Origin: Deltaproteobacteria bacterium
GTDB lineage: Bacteria; Myxococcota; JACRCW01
Direction: 5' to 3'
DNA length: 64,000 bases
Assembly (NCBI GenBank): GCA_016218805.1
Contig: JACRCW010000092.1
Span: forward strand, 62,001 to 126,000
Made by a program: the position numbers and the translations under genes. The notes beneath the pieces are model-generated. The model searched no databases and was not told the DNA's origin. It saw nothing but the letters and a program-made list of their open reading frames with translations. Below, piece after piece: positions 48,269-57,600 of this stretch; position 1 is the stretch's first letter, and each line of letters begins with the position of its first letter.

Positions 48269-50356
48269 ATGGCCGTGGACCCGACCACCGCCAAGGATCC
48301 TGCAGCCGAGCCGGGGCACGGCAGCGCCGACACCGCAGTGCCCGCCGGGGACGGCTACGAGAACGAACTCACGGCCACCCGCCAGGCCCTCCGCGACACC
48401 GAGGAGCGCCTCAACACCATCGTCAATGCGCTGCACCACGTGGTGTGGTCCGTGGAGCCCCGGACCGGGCAGGTGCTTTACGTCAACGGTGTGGCGGAGC
48501 TGGTGTACGGCCGCTCGCTGGATGCGTTGTACCTGGGCCCCGGTCCGTGGCGTGACACGGTCCATCCGGAGGACCTGGTGGCCTTTGACCAGGCGTTGGA
48601 TGAGCTGCGGGCAACGGGAAAGTGCGAGGTGGAGCACCGGATTGTCCGCGCGGACGGCGTCACGCGCTGGGTCCACACGCGCGCGCGCACCAACTACCGG
48701 GCGGACGGCAAGCCGCGCGAATGGGAGGGCATCACCACGGACGTGACGGAGGGACGCGCCGCCGTGGCCGCGCTGCGCGCGTCGGAAACCAACTTCCGCT
48801 CACTCATTGAGCGCAGCCCGGACGGCATGCTGGTCCACCGCGACGGCGTGGTGGTCTACGCCAACCGGGCGCTGCTGGACTTGCTGGGGGGCGCCGCCCA
48901 GGGCGGTCTGGCCGGGCGCCCCCTGCGCACGCTGACCCACCCGGACGAGCACGACCTGCTTGAGGCAGAGCTGGGCACCATCCCGGAGCGCCACGTGGCG
49001 CCCTCGCGGGACCACCGGCTGCGCCGGGCGGACGGCAGCTGGGCGTGGGTGGAACTCAACTCCATGGACCTCACCTACCAGGCGCAACACGCGGTGCTCA
49101 CCGTGGTGCGTGACGTCAGCGCGCGCCGGTCCATGCAGCGACGCCTGCTGCTGACGGACCGCATGGCGTCCTTGGGAACCATGGCCGCGGGCGTGGCGCA
49201 TGAGATCAACAACCCGCTGGCGTACGTGGTCTCCAACGTGCACTACGCGCTGGGGGTGTTGGATGCGGTGGAGGCCGAACTGGGGGCGCAGTCCGCGCTG
49301 GGCGCCCGGCTGGCGGAGGCCCGGGCCGCACTGCGGGACGCGCAGGACGGCGCGCAACGCGTGACCCAGACCGTGCGCGAACTCAAGACGCTCTCCCGCC
49401 AGGATGACGCGCACCAGGAGCGCGTGGACGTGCAGCAGGTGCTGGAGACCTGCATCCGGATGGCGTGGGCCGAGATCAAACACCGCGCACGCCTGGAGCG
49501 GGACTACGGCCCCACCGCGCCCGTGCTCACCAGCGAGGCGCGCCTGGGCCAGGTGTTCCTCAACCTGCTGGTGAACGCCGCGCAGGCCATCCCGGAAGGC
49601 AACGCGCAGCAGCACTGCATCCGCGTGCGCACCGCGCGGGACGCGCGCGGGTGGACCTGCGTGGAGGTGCAGGACTCCGGGCAGGGCATTGCCGCTGAGC
49701 ACCGCGAGCGCCTGTTTGACCCGTTCTTCACCACCAAGCCGGTGGGCGTGGGCACGGGGCTGGGCCTGTCCATCTGCCACAGCATTGTCAGCGGCCTGGG
49801 CGGGGAGATCCAGGTGGATTCCGAGTTGGGACGGGGCAGCACCTTCCGCGTCCTGTTCCCTCCCGCCGGGGACGCGGTTGAGCCACGCGCCGCGCCACCA
49901 CCGCAACCCACGGTGCCCGCGGACGTGCGCGGCCGCGTGCTGGTGATTGACGATGACCCGACCGTGGGCGTGGGGGTGGCCCGGGTCCTGCGCAAGTCTC
50001 ACGACGTGGAACACCTGGTGGCGGCGCGGGACGCCTTGGAGCGCATCAACGGTGGCGAAGCGTACGACGTCATAGTCTGCGACGTCATGATGCCGGACAT
50101 GGGCGGCGTGGACTTCCACGAGCGCCTGGTGGCCACGGGCAATCCGCACGCCGAGCGCGTGGTGTTCCTCACCGGGGGCGCTTTCACGCCGCGCACGCGG
50201 GACTACCTGGCGCGGCCGGGATTTGTCGTCGTGGAGAAGCCGTTCCACCCGCCGGACCTGCGGGCGCTGGTGGATGGCCGCGTGAAGCAGCGGCGCGGCG
50301 TGCGCGGCGCGGATACCGCGGAAGATCCGCAGCGGCGCGCCCGACCTGCGGGTTGA
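48269..50356 (+). CDS. PAS-PAS hybrid histidine kinase with receiver domain
   Basis: VHPED and THPDE PAS motifs; HEINNPL; NLLVNA; DSGQGI; FFTTK; GTGLGL; REC VIDDD..CDVMMP. Confidence 0.96.
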   Translation: MAVDPTTAKDPAAEPGHGSADTAVPAGDGYENELTATRQALRDTEERLNTIVNALHHVVWSVEPRTGQVLYVNGVAELVYGRSLDALYLGPGPWRDTVHPEDLVAFDQALDELRATGKCEVEHRIVRADGVTRWVHTRARTNYRADGKPREWEGITTDVTEGRAAVAALRASETNFRSLIERSPDGMLVHRDGVVVYANRALLDLLGGAAQGGLAGRPLRTLTHPDEHDLLEAELGTIPERHVAPSRDHRLRRADGSWAWVELNSMDLTYQAQHAVLTVVRDVSARRSMQRRLLLTDRMASLGTMAAGVAHEINNPLAYVVSNVHYALGVLDAVEAELGAQSALGARLAEARAALRDAQDGAQRVTQTVRELKTLSRQDDAHQERVDVQQVLETCIRMAWAEIKHRARLERDYGPTAPVLTSEARLGQVFLNLLVNAAQAIPEGNAQQHCIRVRTARDARGWTCVEVQDSGQGIAAEHRERLFDPFFTTKPVGVGTGLGLSICHSIVSGLGGEIQVDSELGRGSTFRVLFPPAGDAVEPRAAPPPQPTVPADVRGRVLVIDDDPTVGVGVARVLRKSHDVEHLVAARDALERINGGEAYDVIVCDVMMPDMGGVDFHERLVATGNPHAERVVFLTGGAFTPRTRDYLARPGFVVVEKPFHPPDLRALVDGRVKQRRGVRGADTAEDPQRRARPAG

Positions 50357-50404
50357 ACGGCCCACCGCTACGTTGCCCGCCGGGGCTGATCACAAGGCGG
50401 GTGC

Positions 50405-50968
50405 ATGCAGACACGGGTGGTTCACCGCGATGACGGGCTTGCGCTCGTTGTCATGCGGCGGGTCCTGATTGCCACCTGGCAATCCGACGCCACAGAGGAA
50501 CGCATTGGCCGCCTGGGTGACACCCTGCGGGACCTGGTGGCGTCCGCGCCCAACGGCGTGGGGCTGCTGGTCATCCGCACGGCACCGGGCCGGAGTCCCA
50601 CGCTGGAGCCGGGCCCGCGCACGCGGCTGGAGAAGGTGATGCAGGACGTCTCCGGCAGCCTGGTGGCCACGTCCTACGCCCTGACGGGGAGCGGGATGTG
50701 GATTGCCCCGGCCAGGTCAGACATCCGCGCGCTGCAGGACTCGGCGGGCGGGCGGCGCTCCTATGCAATCTTTGACACGGTGCAATCCGCCGCGGAGTTC
50801 CTGGTGCCCAAGCTGGCGCAGGCCGCGGTGATGACCTCCGCCGTGGAGATGGTCACGGCGGCCGGCCTGGCGTGGTCACCCACCGCCGTCACACCGGTGG
50901 CGTCGTCATCCGCCGGCGGTTCGCAGCACGTGGGCGTTCCCGGGCAGCCCCGCCGCCCGGGAACGTGA
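50405..50968 (+). CDS. Hypothetical alpha/beta protein (possibly STAS/SEC14-like)
   Basis: 187-aa ORF co-oriented with the kinase; family call is weak. Confidence 0.5.
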   Translation: MQTRVVHRDDGLALVVMRRVLIATWQSDATEERIGRLGDTLRDLVASAPNGVGLLVIRTAPGRSPTLEPGPRTRLEKVMQDVSGSLVATSYALTGSGMWIAPARSDIRALQDSAGGRRSYAIFDTVQSAAEFLVPKLAQAAVMTSAVEMVTAAGLAWSPTAVTPVASSSAGGSQHVGVPGQPRRPGT

Positions 50969-50978
50969 CTTGGGAGTC

Positions 50979-51806
50979 TCAGACCAGGCGGGTGGCGCCT
51001 TCCAGCATGGACGCGGACACCGGGCCCGCCACGAACGCCCCGTTGACCACGTCATGGACGCGCCGGATCAGCGCGTCCCGGTCCGCCATGGCCAGGCCCG
51101 CCGTCTGGATGGGGGGATGCACGGTGACCAGGACGTCCCCCCGCCGGACCATGACCTTCCCGGGCGCATACAGGGCGTCCGTTCCGACGATGGTGACCGG
51201 CAGCATGGGGCATTGCTGTTCAATGGCGATCAGGAACGCGCCCTTCTTGAACGGGTCCAGGCGCGGCCCGCGCGACCGGCGCCCTTCCGGGAAGATCATC
51301 ACGCTGCGGCCCACGCGGAGGCGCTGTGCCACCAGCATGAGACGCCGCTGCGCGCCCGCCTTGTCACTCCGGTCCAGGCCAATGCTGCGGCTCATCCACA
51401 GCGCCTGGCCCAGGAACGGGACGTATTCCAACTCGCGCTTGTGGACCGTCACCATGTGCATGGGCAGCGTCACGCCCAGGGCCGGGACGTCCAGGTGGCT
51501 GCGGTGGTTGGAGACGGCCACGTACCGCCCATCCGCCACGGCGTGCTCAAGGCCCTTCACCCAAACGCGCACGCCAAAGCCGCGCAGCAGCCAGCGTGAC
51601 CACACGCGGAACATCCCGTACCCGACCTTCTTGCCGAGGTTGTCCGGCGACACCACGAACGGGATGGGCGTCAGCAACACGCCGGCAATGAGCAGCAACA
51701 CCAGCGGCCAAACCCCGACGAAGTTCCGCCACCAGTGGATCACACCCCACGCAAGCCCGCGTTCTTCCGGCGGCGTGTAGGGCGTCTTGACAAGCGCCTG
51801 TGACAT
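50979..51806 (-). CDS. plsC: 1-acyl-sn-glycerol-3-phosphate acyltransferase
   Basis: NHRSHLD, FPEGRRS, FKKGAF. Confidence 0.88.
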   Translation of the reverse strand: MSQALVKTPYTPPEERGLAWGVIHWWRNFVGVWPLVLLLIAGVLLTPIPFVVSPDNLGKKVGYGMFRVWSRWLLRGFGVRVWVKGLEHAVADGRYVAVSNHRSHLDVPALGVTLPMHMVTVHKRELEYVPFLGQALWMSRSIGLDRSDKAGAQRRLMLVAQRLRVGRSVMIFPEGRRSRGPRLDPFKKGAFLIAIEQQCPMLPVTIVGTDALYAPGKVMVRRGDVLVTVHPPIQTAGLAMADRDALIRRVHDVVNGAFVAGPVSASMLEGATRLV

Positions 51807-51978
51807 GACGGCGCATTTTCCTGCACCAAAAACCCCGCCTCGCGCAAGAGCCCGCCCCGCCCCCAAGTGTCGTCGCCACGGCCCGCGGCGGACCGCCGCA
51901 GCAGCGGTGGACAAGGCGCCGCTGCGGCGCAACAGTCCGCGGTGGCGTGCATGGGCGGCACCGCCAGCGGAGGAGTCT

Positions 51979-52404
51979 GTGCGTTACCTCTTGGCGTGTC
52001 TTGCGTGGTGCGTGGGGTGCGGCGGTGACGCGGTGAGCGGCATACAGGGTCCGGGTCACGCCGCGCGCAACGGGGAGTTGGCGCCGCCGGACGCCGCGGC
52101 CTTTGCGGGCGTCACCGGTGAGGTGGAACTGCGCGCGCCGTGGGTGGGCCGCTACTCGGTCCACTACGTGGACGCGTCCCACTACCGGATTGCCGGGCAC
52201 GGGTGGATCCCAGACAGCGCAGGCACCCACACGTACGCGCGTACGGGGTCGGACCGTGCGGAGATGGAGTTTGACGACGACCACTCCGGCCGGGTCACCT
52301 GCAACATCCATTACACCTCCACGCTGGACGGCACTTCCGAGTGCACGTATCCCAACGGCGTCACGCTCCCCAGCCGCTTCCACGTGCCGGTGAATGACCC
52401 GTGA
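51979..52404 (+). CDS. Hypothetical lipoprotein
   Basis: GGAGGA then GTG; lipobox VGC; beta-rich. Confidence 0.6.
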   Translation: MRYLLACLAWCVGCGGDAVSGIQGPGHAARNGELAPPDAAAFAGVTGEVELRAPWVGRYSVHYVDASHYRIAGHGWIPDSAGTHTYARTGSDRAEMEFDDDHSGRVTCNIHYTSTLDGTSECTYPNGVTLPSRFHVPVNDP

Positions 52405-52898
52405 GCCTGCGCACCGCACTGCTGGCCGGGGTGGTTGGCGCCGTGCTGGCGCCCGGGGCGGCGCAGGCCCAGGTGGTGTGGGTGGTGCGCCACGCGGAGA
52501 AGGTGGATGAGGGCAAGGACCCGGACCTGTCAGCCCAGGGGCATCTGCGCGCGGAACGCCTGGGGCGCGCCCTGCGCGATGTCCCCCTCACGGCCGTGTA
52601 CGTCACGCACCTCAAGCGGACGCGCCAGACGGCGGCGGCCGTCCTGGCACGCGGCAGGTGGGAGCCGGTCACGCTGCCGGCGGGTGACGTGGACGGACTG
52701 GTCGCGCGCATCCGTGGCCACCGCCCCGGCGAGCAGGTGTTTGTCGTCGGGCATTCGGACACGCTTCCGCGGGTCTGGTCCGCGCTGGGCTGCAGCCGGC
52801 CGCTGACCCTCCGTCACGACGAGTACGACCTGCTGTTGCGGCTGGACCTGGACGCAACGCCGGCCACCCGGTGCACCGTGCTGCGGCAGGAAAACTGA
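52401..52898 (+). CDS. Exported histidine phosphatase (SixA/PGM-like)
   Basis: Signal peptide AQA; VRHAE, RTRQT, VGHSDT. Confidence 0.88.
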   Translation: MSLRTALLAGVVGAVLAPGAAQAQVVWVVRHAEKVDEGKDPDLSAQGHLRAERLGRALRDVPLTAVYVTHLKRTRQTAAAVLARGRWEPVTLPAGDVDGLVARIRGHRPGEQVFVVGHSDTLPRVWSALGCSRPLTLRHDEYDLLLRLDLDATPATRCTVLRQEN

Positions 52899-53018
52899 CG
52901 CCGGTTTGGCGTTCTTACGCTGCCGTCAAATGCCCCCGTGCACCCAGTTCTCCCAGTGCCAGGGCGTTAGGCGGGGGACCGGCACGTCAGGTGACGCTGG
53001 CGCGCAGCGTTTCTGCCC

Positions 53019-54011
53019 GTGGACGCGCGCACGGAGACGGGTCACAGTGCCGGCGTGTCGTTGCGCAGCCTCAACCTTGGGGTGGCCCTGGTGGGCCTGG
53101 CGTGTCTGCCCGCCGCCGGGACCGCCGGTGGCGGCGCGGTGCAGCGCCCGGACGCCGCCGCCCCTGCGCCGGACGCCGCGGTCGCGCCGCGCCTGGCGGT
53201 TGCCACCTTCAATGTGCACCGCCTGTTTGACATGACGTGTGATACCGGCGCCTGCGGCGAGACCGACTACGAAGCGCACCCAACCGCCGATGAGTTCCGC
53301 ACCCGGACACTCGCCGTCGGCGCAGGGGTGCAACTGCTCGGTGTTGACGTCGCTGTGCTGCAGGAGATCGAATCACAGGCCTGCATGGACGCGCTGCAAC
53401 AAGCGCTGACCGCGCCATTCCCGGTGGCCGTCCTGGGTGAAACGGGTGGGGCGGCCTCGCTGGACGTCGCCGTGCTGGCCCGGGGTGAACTGGTGGCAAC
53501 CCGTTCACACGCCGCGGAAGTTCTTCCGCGCGCGGATGGCGGCGTCACCACGTTTGCGCGCGACTTGCTGGAGGTCCACCTGCGCGTGGGGACCGCGCAC
53601 GTGGTCGTGTTCGCGGCCCACTTCCGGTCCAAGCGCAGCGACGACCCGGACCGCCGCCTGGCCGAGGCGCGTGCCGCGCGACGGATCATTGACGGCGTTG
53701 CCGCGACGTACCCGGATGCGGTGGTTGTCCTAGGGGGCGACCTCAACGACACGCCGGGCTCAGCGCCGCTGCATGCGCTGGAAACGGACGGCGGGCTGAT
53801 ACGCGTGGCGCAGTGGCTGCCGGCAGCGGAGCAGGCCACCTACCACTTCAACGGCCAGGGCCAGGCACTGGACCACCTGTACGTTCTGCCGGCCGCGGCC
53901 CCGCGCATCATCCTTGAGAGTGTCCGGGTGATCCACGACGTTCCCTTGCCGACGGGAGGCTTTGCCGGTTCAGACCACGCGGCACTGCGCGCGGAGGTGC
54001 TCCTGCCATGA
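53019..54011 (+). CDS. Exported endonuclease/exonuclease/phosphatase family protein
   Basis: ATFNV, LQE, GDLND, LDH, SDH. Confidence 0.9.
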   Translation: MDARTETGHSAGVSLRSLNLGVALVGLACLPAAGTAGGGAVQRPDAAAPAPDAAVAPRLAVATFNVHRLFDMTCDTGACGETDYEAHPTADEFRTRTLAVGAGVQLLGVDVAVLQEIESQACMDALQQALTAPFPVAVLGETGGAASLDVAVLARGELVATRSHAAEVLPRADGGVTTFARDLLEVHLRVGTAHVVVFAAHFRSKRSDDPDRRLAEARAARRIIDGVAATYPDAVVVLGGDLNDTPGSAPLHALETDGGLIRVAQWLPAAEQATYHFNGQGQALDHLYVLPAAAPRIILESVRVIHDVPLPTGGFAGSDHAALRAEVLLP

Positions 54012-54499
54012 CGCGCGCGCGCCGCCCGGGGCCCTCCCGCGCCTCGTTGAGGGAAGAGCTGCTGGCGCTGCTGACCGCGGACCTTGACGCCATGGAAAAG
54101 GCCCAGCGCGCAACGGTGGAAGGAGCCACGCACGCGGAAGCCCGCGCGGAAGACGACAAGGATACGCGCGCGCTGGAACAGACCTACCTGGCGCGCGGAC
54201 AGGCTGCCCGGGTGGAGCAGCTGCGCGACGCGGTTGCCCAGGTGCACACCATGCCGCTGGACGGCGCTGGAGACGCGGTGACGCTGGGCTCGCTGGTCAC
54301 GGCCGAGCACGACGACGGCGGACTCGTCGTGTGGATCGCCCCGCAGGGCGGTGGGAAGCGCCTGGCGGGCAGTGCCGTGCAGGTGGTGACGCCGCAATCT
54401 CCGCTCGGCGCAGCACTGCTGGGCCGGCGGGTGGGTGACGAATGCGAGCTGCGGGTTGCCGGCAAGCTCCGCGTGCTGAACATCCTGAGCGTTCGCTGA
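54008..54499 (+). CDS. GreA/GreB-like protein (short type)
   Basis: N-terminal coiled coil with acidic tip (AEDDKDT); VTPQSPLGAALLGRRVGD. Confidence 0.85.
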   Translation: MTRARRPGPSRASLREELLALLTADLDAMEKAQRATVEGATHAEARAEDDKDTRALEQTYLARGQAARVEQLRDAVAQVHTMPLDGAGDAVTLGSLVTAEHDDGGLVVWIAPQGGGKRLAGSAVQVVTPQSPLGAALLGRRVGDECELRVAGKLRVLNILSVR

Positions 54500-54643
54500 G
54501 GGAACGCAACGACGTCCCAGGGCTGCCCCGATGCGTGAGCCTGATGGCAACCAAGTGGACTTGCGACCTCCACCTCTTGACGTACGTCCGCGGTCCTACC
54601 TGGACGGCGATAATGGCCTTGGTCCAGCAGTCCGGAGGTGCGC

Positions 54644-57600
54644 ATGGTGAAGGTCTCCCGAGGAGAATCAACCCGCACGCGCACGCCCGGCGAGATTCCC
54701 GCGACCCCGGTCACCCCCAGCGCGCCGGAACCGCAACACGCCCCAGTGACGACGGAGCCGCGCGACGCCATGGACCGGCGCGCCGCCGCCAGCACCGCAC
54801 GCACGGTGGGTGCGGTGGCTCCGCGCACGCCCTCCGCGGCCATGCCGGACGGGCCGCGGCTGAGTGCGGGGACCCTCGCTGCCCGCGCCGGCTCGGTCGC
54901 CGGACACGCGGCTTCCCGCCGTGCTGCCGCCGCGCCGCGTGCGGACCACGCACCCACAGGCCCGGGCGCGCCGGAACAACTTCTCTCGCACGCGGTCGCC
55001 AGCGTGCGAAGCCTGTCGCCGGGAAGGTTGGGTTCCGTGGACCCGTTGCAGGTGCTGGACTCCGTCAAGGACGCGCACGTGGCCGTGCAGGTCCCCCTGA
55101 AGGCGGGCGAGTACAAGCTCCAGGGTCACACCGTGCGCGTCCCCGCCAACACGACGATGACCGTGCAGATGGAGGTCCATGACGGACGCCTGGTGCCTGC
55201 GCGCGGCGGCCGTGGACAGCCGGAGGGCAGCGGCACGCGCGTGGACATCAACCCGCCACTTGACCTGCCCGCGTGGGCCACGGCGCGCGGCGCCTACGTT
55301 GAGGACAAGGGGAAGGGCCAGGGACAGGTCAAGGCGGACATTGGCGGCTGGTTTGACCAGAACATTGGCAAGAAGACGGACCTGCAGCTGGGCAACGTGG
55401 TGCGGTCCTTTGCAGACGGCAGCGCGGCCAGGCCTCCCTCCGCCAAGGAAAAGACGCCTTTCCCCGCGCAGATGTTTGACTTTGATAGCATGCGTTTCAC
55501 GGCGGGCGAGGTGACGCTGAAAGACCGCGCACTGGATCTGGGGTCCATGAAGGTGGACCTGGCGGATGGCAACCGGCTCACCATCGACGGGACGGGACGC
55601 AGCGCGACGGCGCACGGGCTGGTGAAACTCGATTCCGTGGGTGTGAACCAGGATGGGTTTTCGTTGAAGTCCGGCCCGACGACGGCGAGCGTGGAGGCCA
55701 CCTATGCGCGCCAACCCGATGGCACGCTGACGGTCTCCGGACGTGTGTCCGGGTTGGACGCCACGCTTGAGGGGCTGGAGTCCACGCGGGCCCGCGCGCC
55801 GGGCGACACCGACCCCGACCGCGTGAGCCTTGGCGCGTCCACCCTCCGCAATGGGCAGCTTTCCGCGGAGGTCCGCGTAGGCCAGCGTGGTGGCCGGACA
55901 ATGGCAGAGGCCACGTCGCTGCGGGCTTCCGGCGAAGTGACCGGCACCGTCAACGAGCTCAAGCTGGGCGTGAAGGATGGACGCGATGATGCGCGTCTTT
56001 CGGTGACCGGCGGCCGCCTGCAGGGGTCCTTTGCCGTGGGGCCTGACGGAACACGCGTGGATGCAACCGTGCGCGGCACGCGCCTGGAGGTGGCGGACCT
56101 GCAGTCCGAGGGCCGCCAGACCGCGCTGGACCTGCACCATGCGCGCGTGCAGGGCGACGCCAGGGTGAAGGTGGACACGGCCGCGCGCAGCGTGGAGGTG
56201 GAGGCCAGCGGCCGGCAGCTGGACGTGCGCGTGGATGACCTGCGCTACCGCGGACAGATGTTTGACGCGGACCTGGCGCGCACGGAGCTGACCGGTGACG
56301 GCACCCTGAAGGTGAGCAACAGCGGCGTGGCCATCCGCGGGGACCTGCGCATCAAGGGTGGGCTGGACGATTTCCGCGGCCAGCGTGCTGACGGCGACGT
56401 GGGCATTGATGTGGCCCGGGGGTCAACGCTGGACGCGCACCTCACCGAGCTGCGCGCGGGCGCGGATGGGTTTGCCCTGGATGCGAAGGGCACGGTGGAC
56501 GTGGGACTGGAGAAATACCGCGCGGCCATTCCCGGGGTGACCGCGGAGGGAGACGCGCGGCTGTCCGGCACCGGCGCGCTGTCCATCCGCAATGACCGCG
56601 TTTCGTTCACCAGCGAGGACGCGCGCCTGCGGATGAACGTCGACGACGCGAAGGTCGCGCCGGGCGGTGACGCGTTCTCGTTGGACGTGGCGCAGGGCAG
56701 TTCACTGGACCTGCGCGTCAACGCGTTCACCGCGAGCCGGGACGCCGCGGCGACGCAGCTGCAACTGCGCAAGGGCAGCGTTCTGGATGCCACGCTTGAC
56801 GGTGGGCACGTGCAGGCGGGCGGGACGCGCATGGACCTGCAGCCCGGCAGCCGCGCGCGCTTTGAGATTGACCGCATGGAGCAGAAGCCCGGCGCCGCCC
56901 CCGCGGTGCAGGGCCGGCTCTCCGTTGACGTCACCGCGACGGGTCAGGTTGCCACGGGACGCGAGCTGGCCCCGGGCGTCCGCCTGGATGCGATGGACGG
57001 GGCTGCGGGCACCGCAAGGCTCACCGTCGACGATGTCACGCTGCGCGAAGACGGGACCTTCTCGCTCAAGGGCGTGGCCGTGGGCGTGCACGCGCGCGCA
57101 GGGTCCATCCGTGGTGTGGCGGCGCCGCTGGCGGCCCCGGGTACCCCCATGGCGGCACCGGCGGCCCCCGTGGAGGTGCAAGGGCCCCGTTTGGCGCCGG
57201 AGGTTTCGCCCACGGGGACGCTCTCCGCGGGCACCGTCCAGGCTTCCTCCGCGGGTACCATTGCCGGCGCGGACACGCGCGTGGCGCGCGCCGCACAGCT
57301 GCAACCGTTGGAGATGGCCAAGCGGATCCAGGATGGCACGCTGCACCTGGAGATTCCCGTCGAGGGGCGCGTGGGCGGCAGCGTCCTGGGCGTGGACTTC
57401 TTGCCGGGCACGACCCTCACGTTGGACGCCAAGGTGGTCAATGGCCGGGTGATTCCGGACCAGACCAAGGCGACCCTGTCCAAGCCGGGCGACGCCACGG
57501 CGTGGGTGGGCGTGCGCGGGGCGTACTTTGACAAGAACAACACGCTGCGGGCTGACCTCAGCGGGTTCCCGGACCTATCCCTCAGCGACAAGCTGAAGAA

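Noticed and set aside
54577..54614. Sigma-70 promoter (TTGACG ... GATAAT) for the large beta protein
   Set aside because: The two hexamers are ~26 nt apart, which does not fit the 16-18-nt spacing
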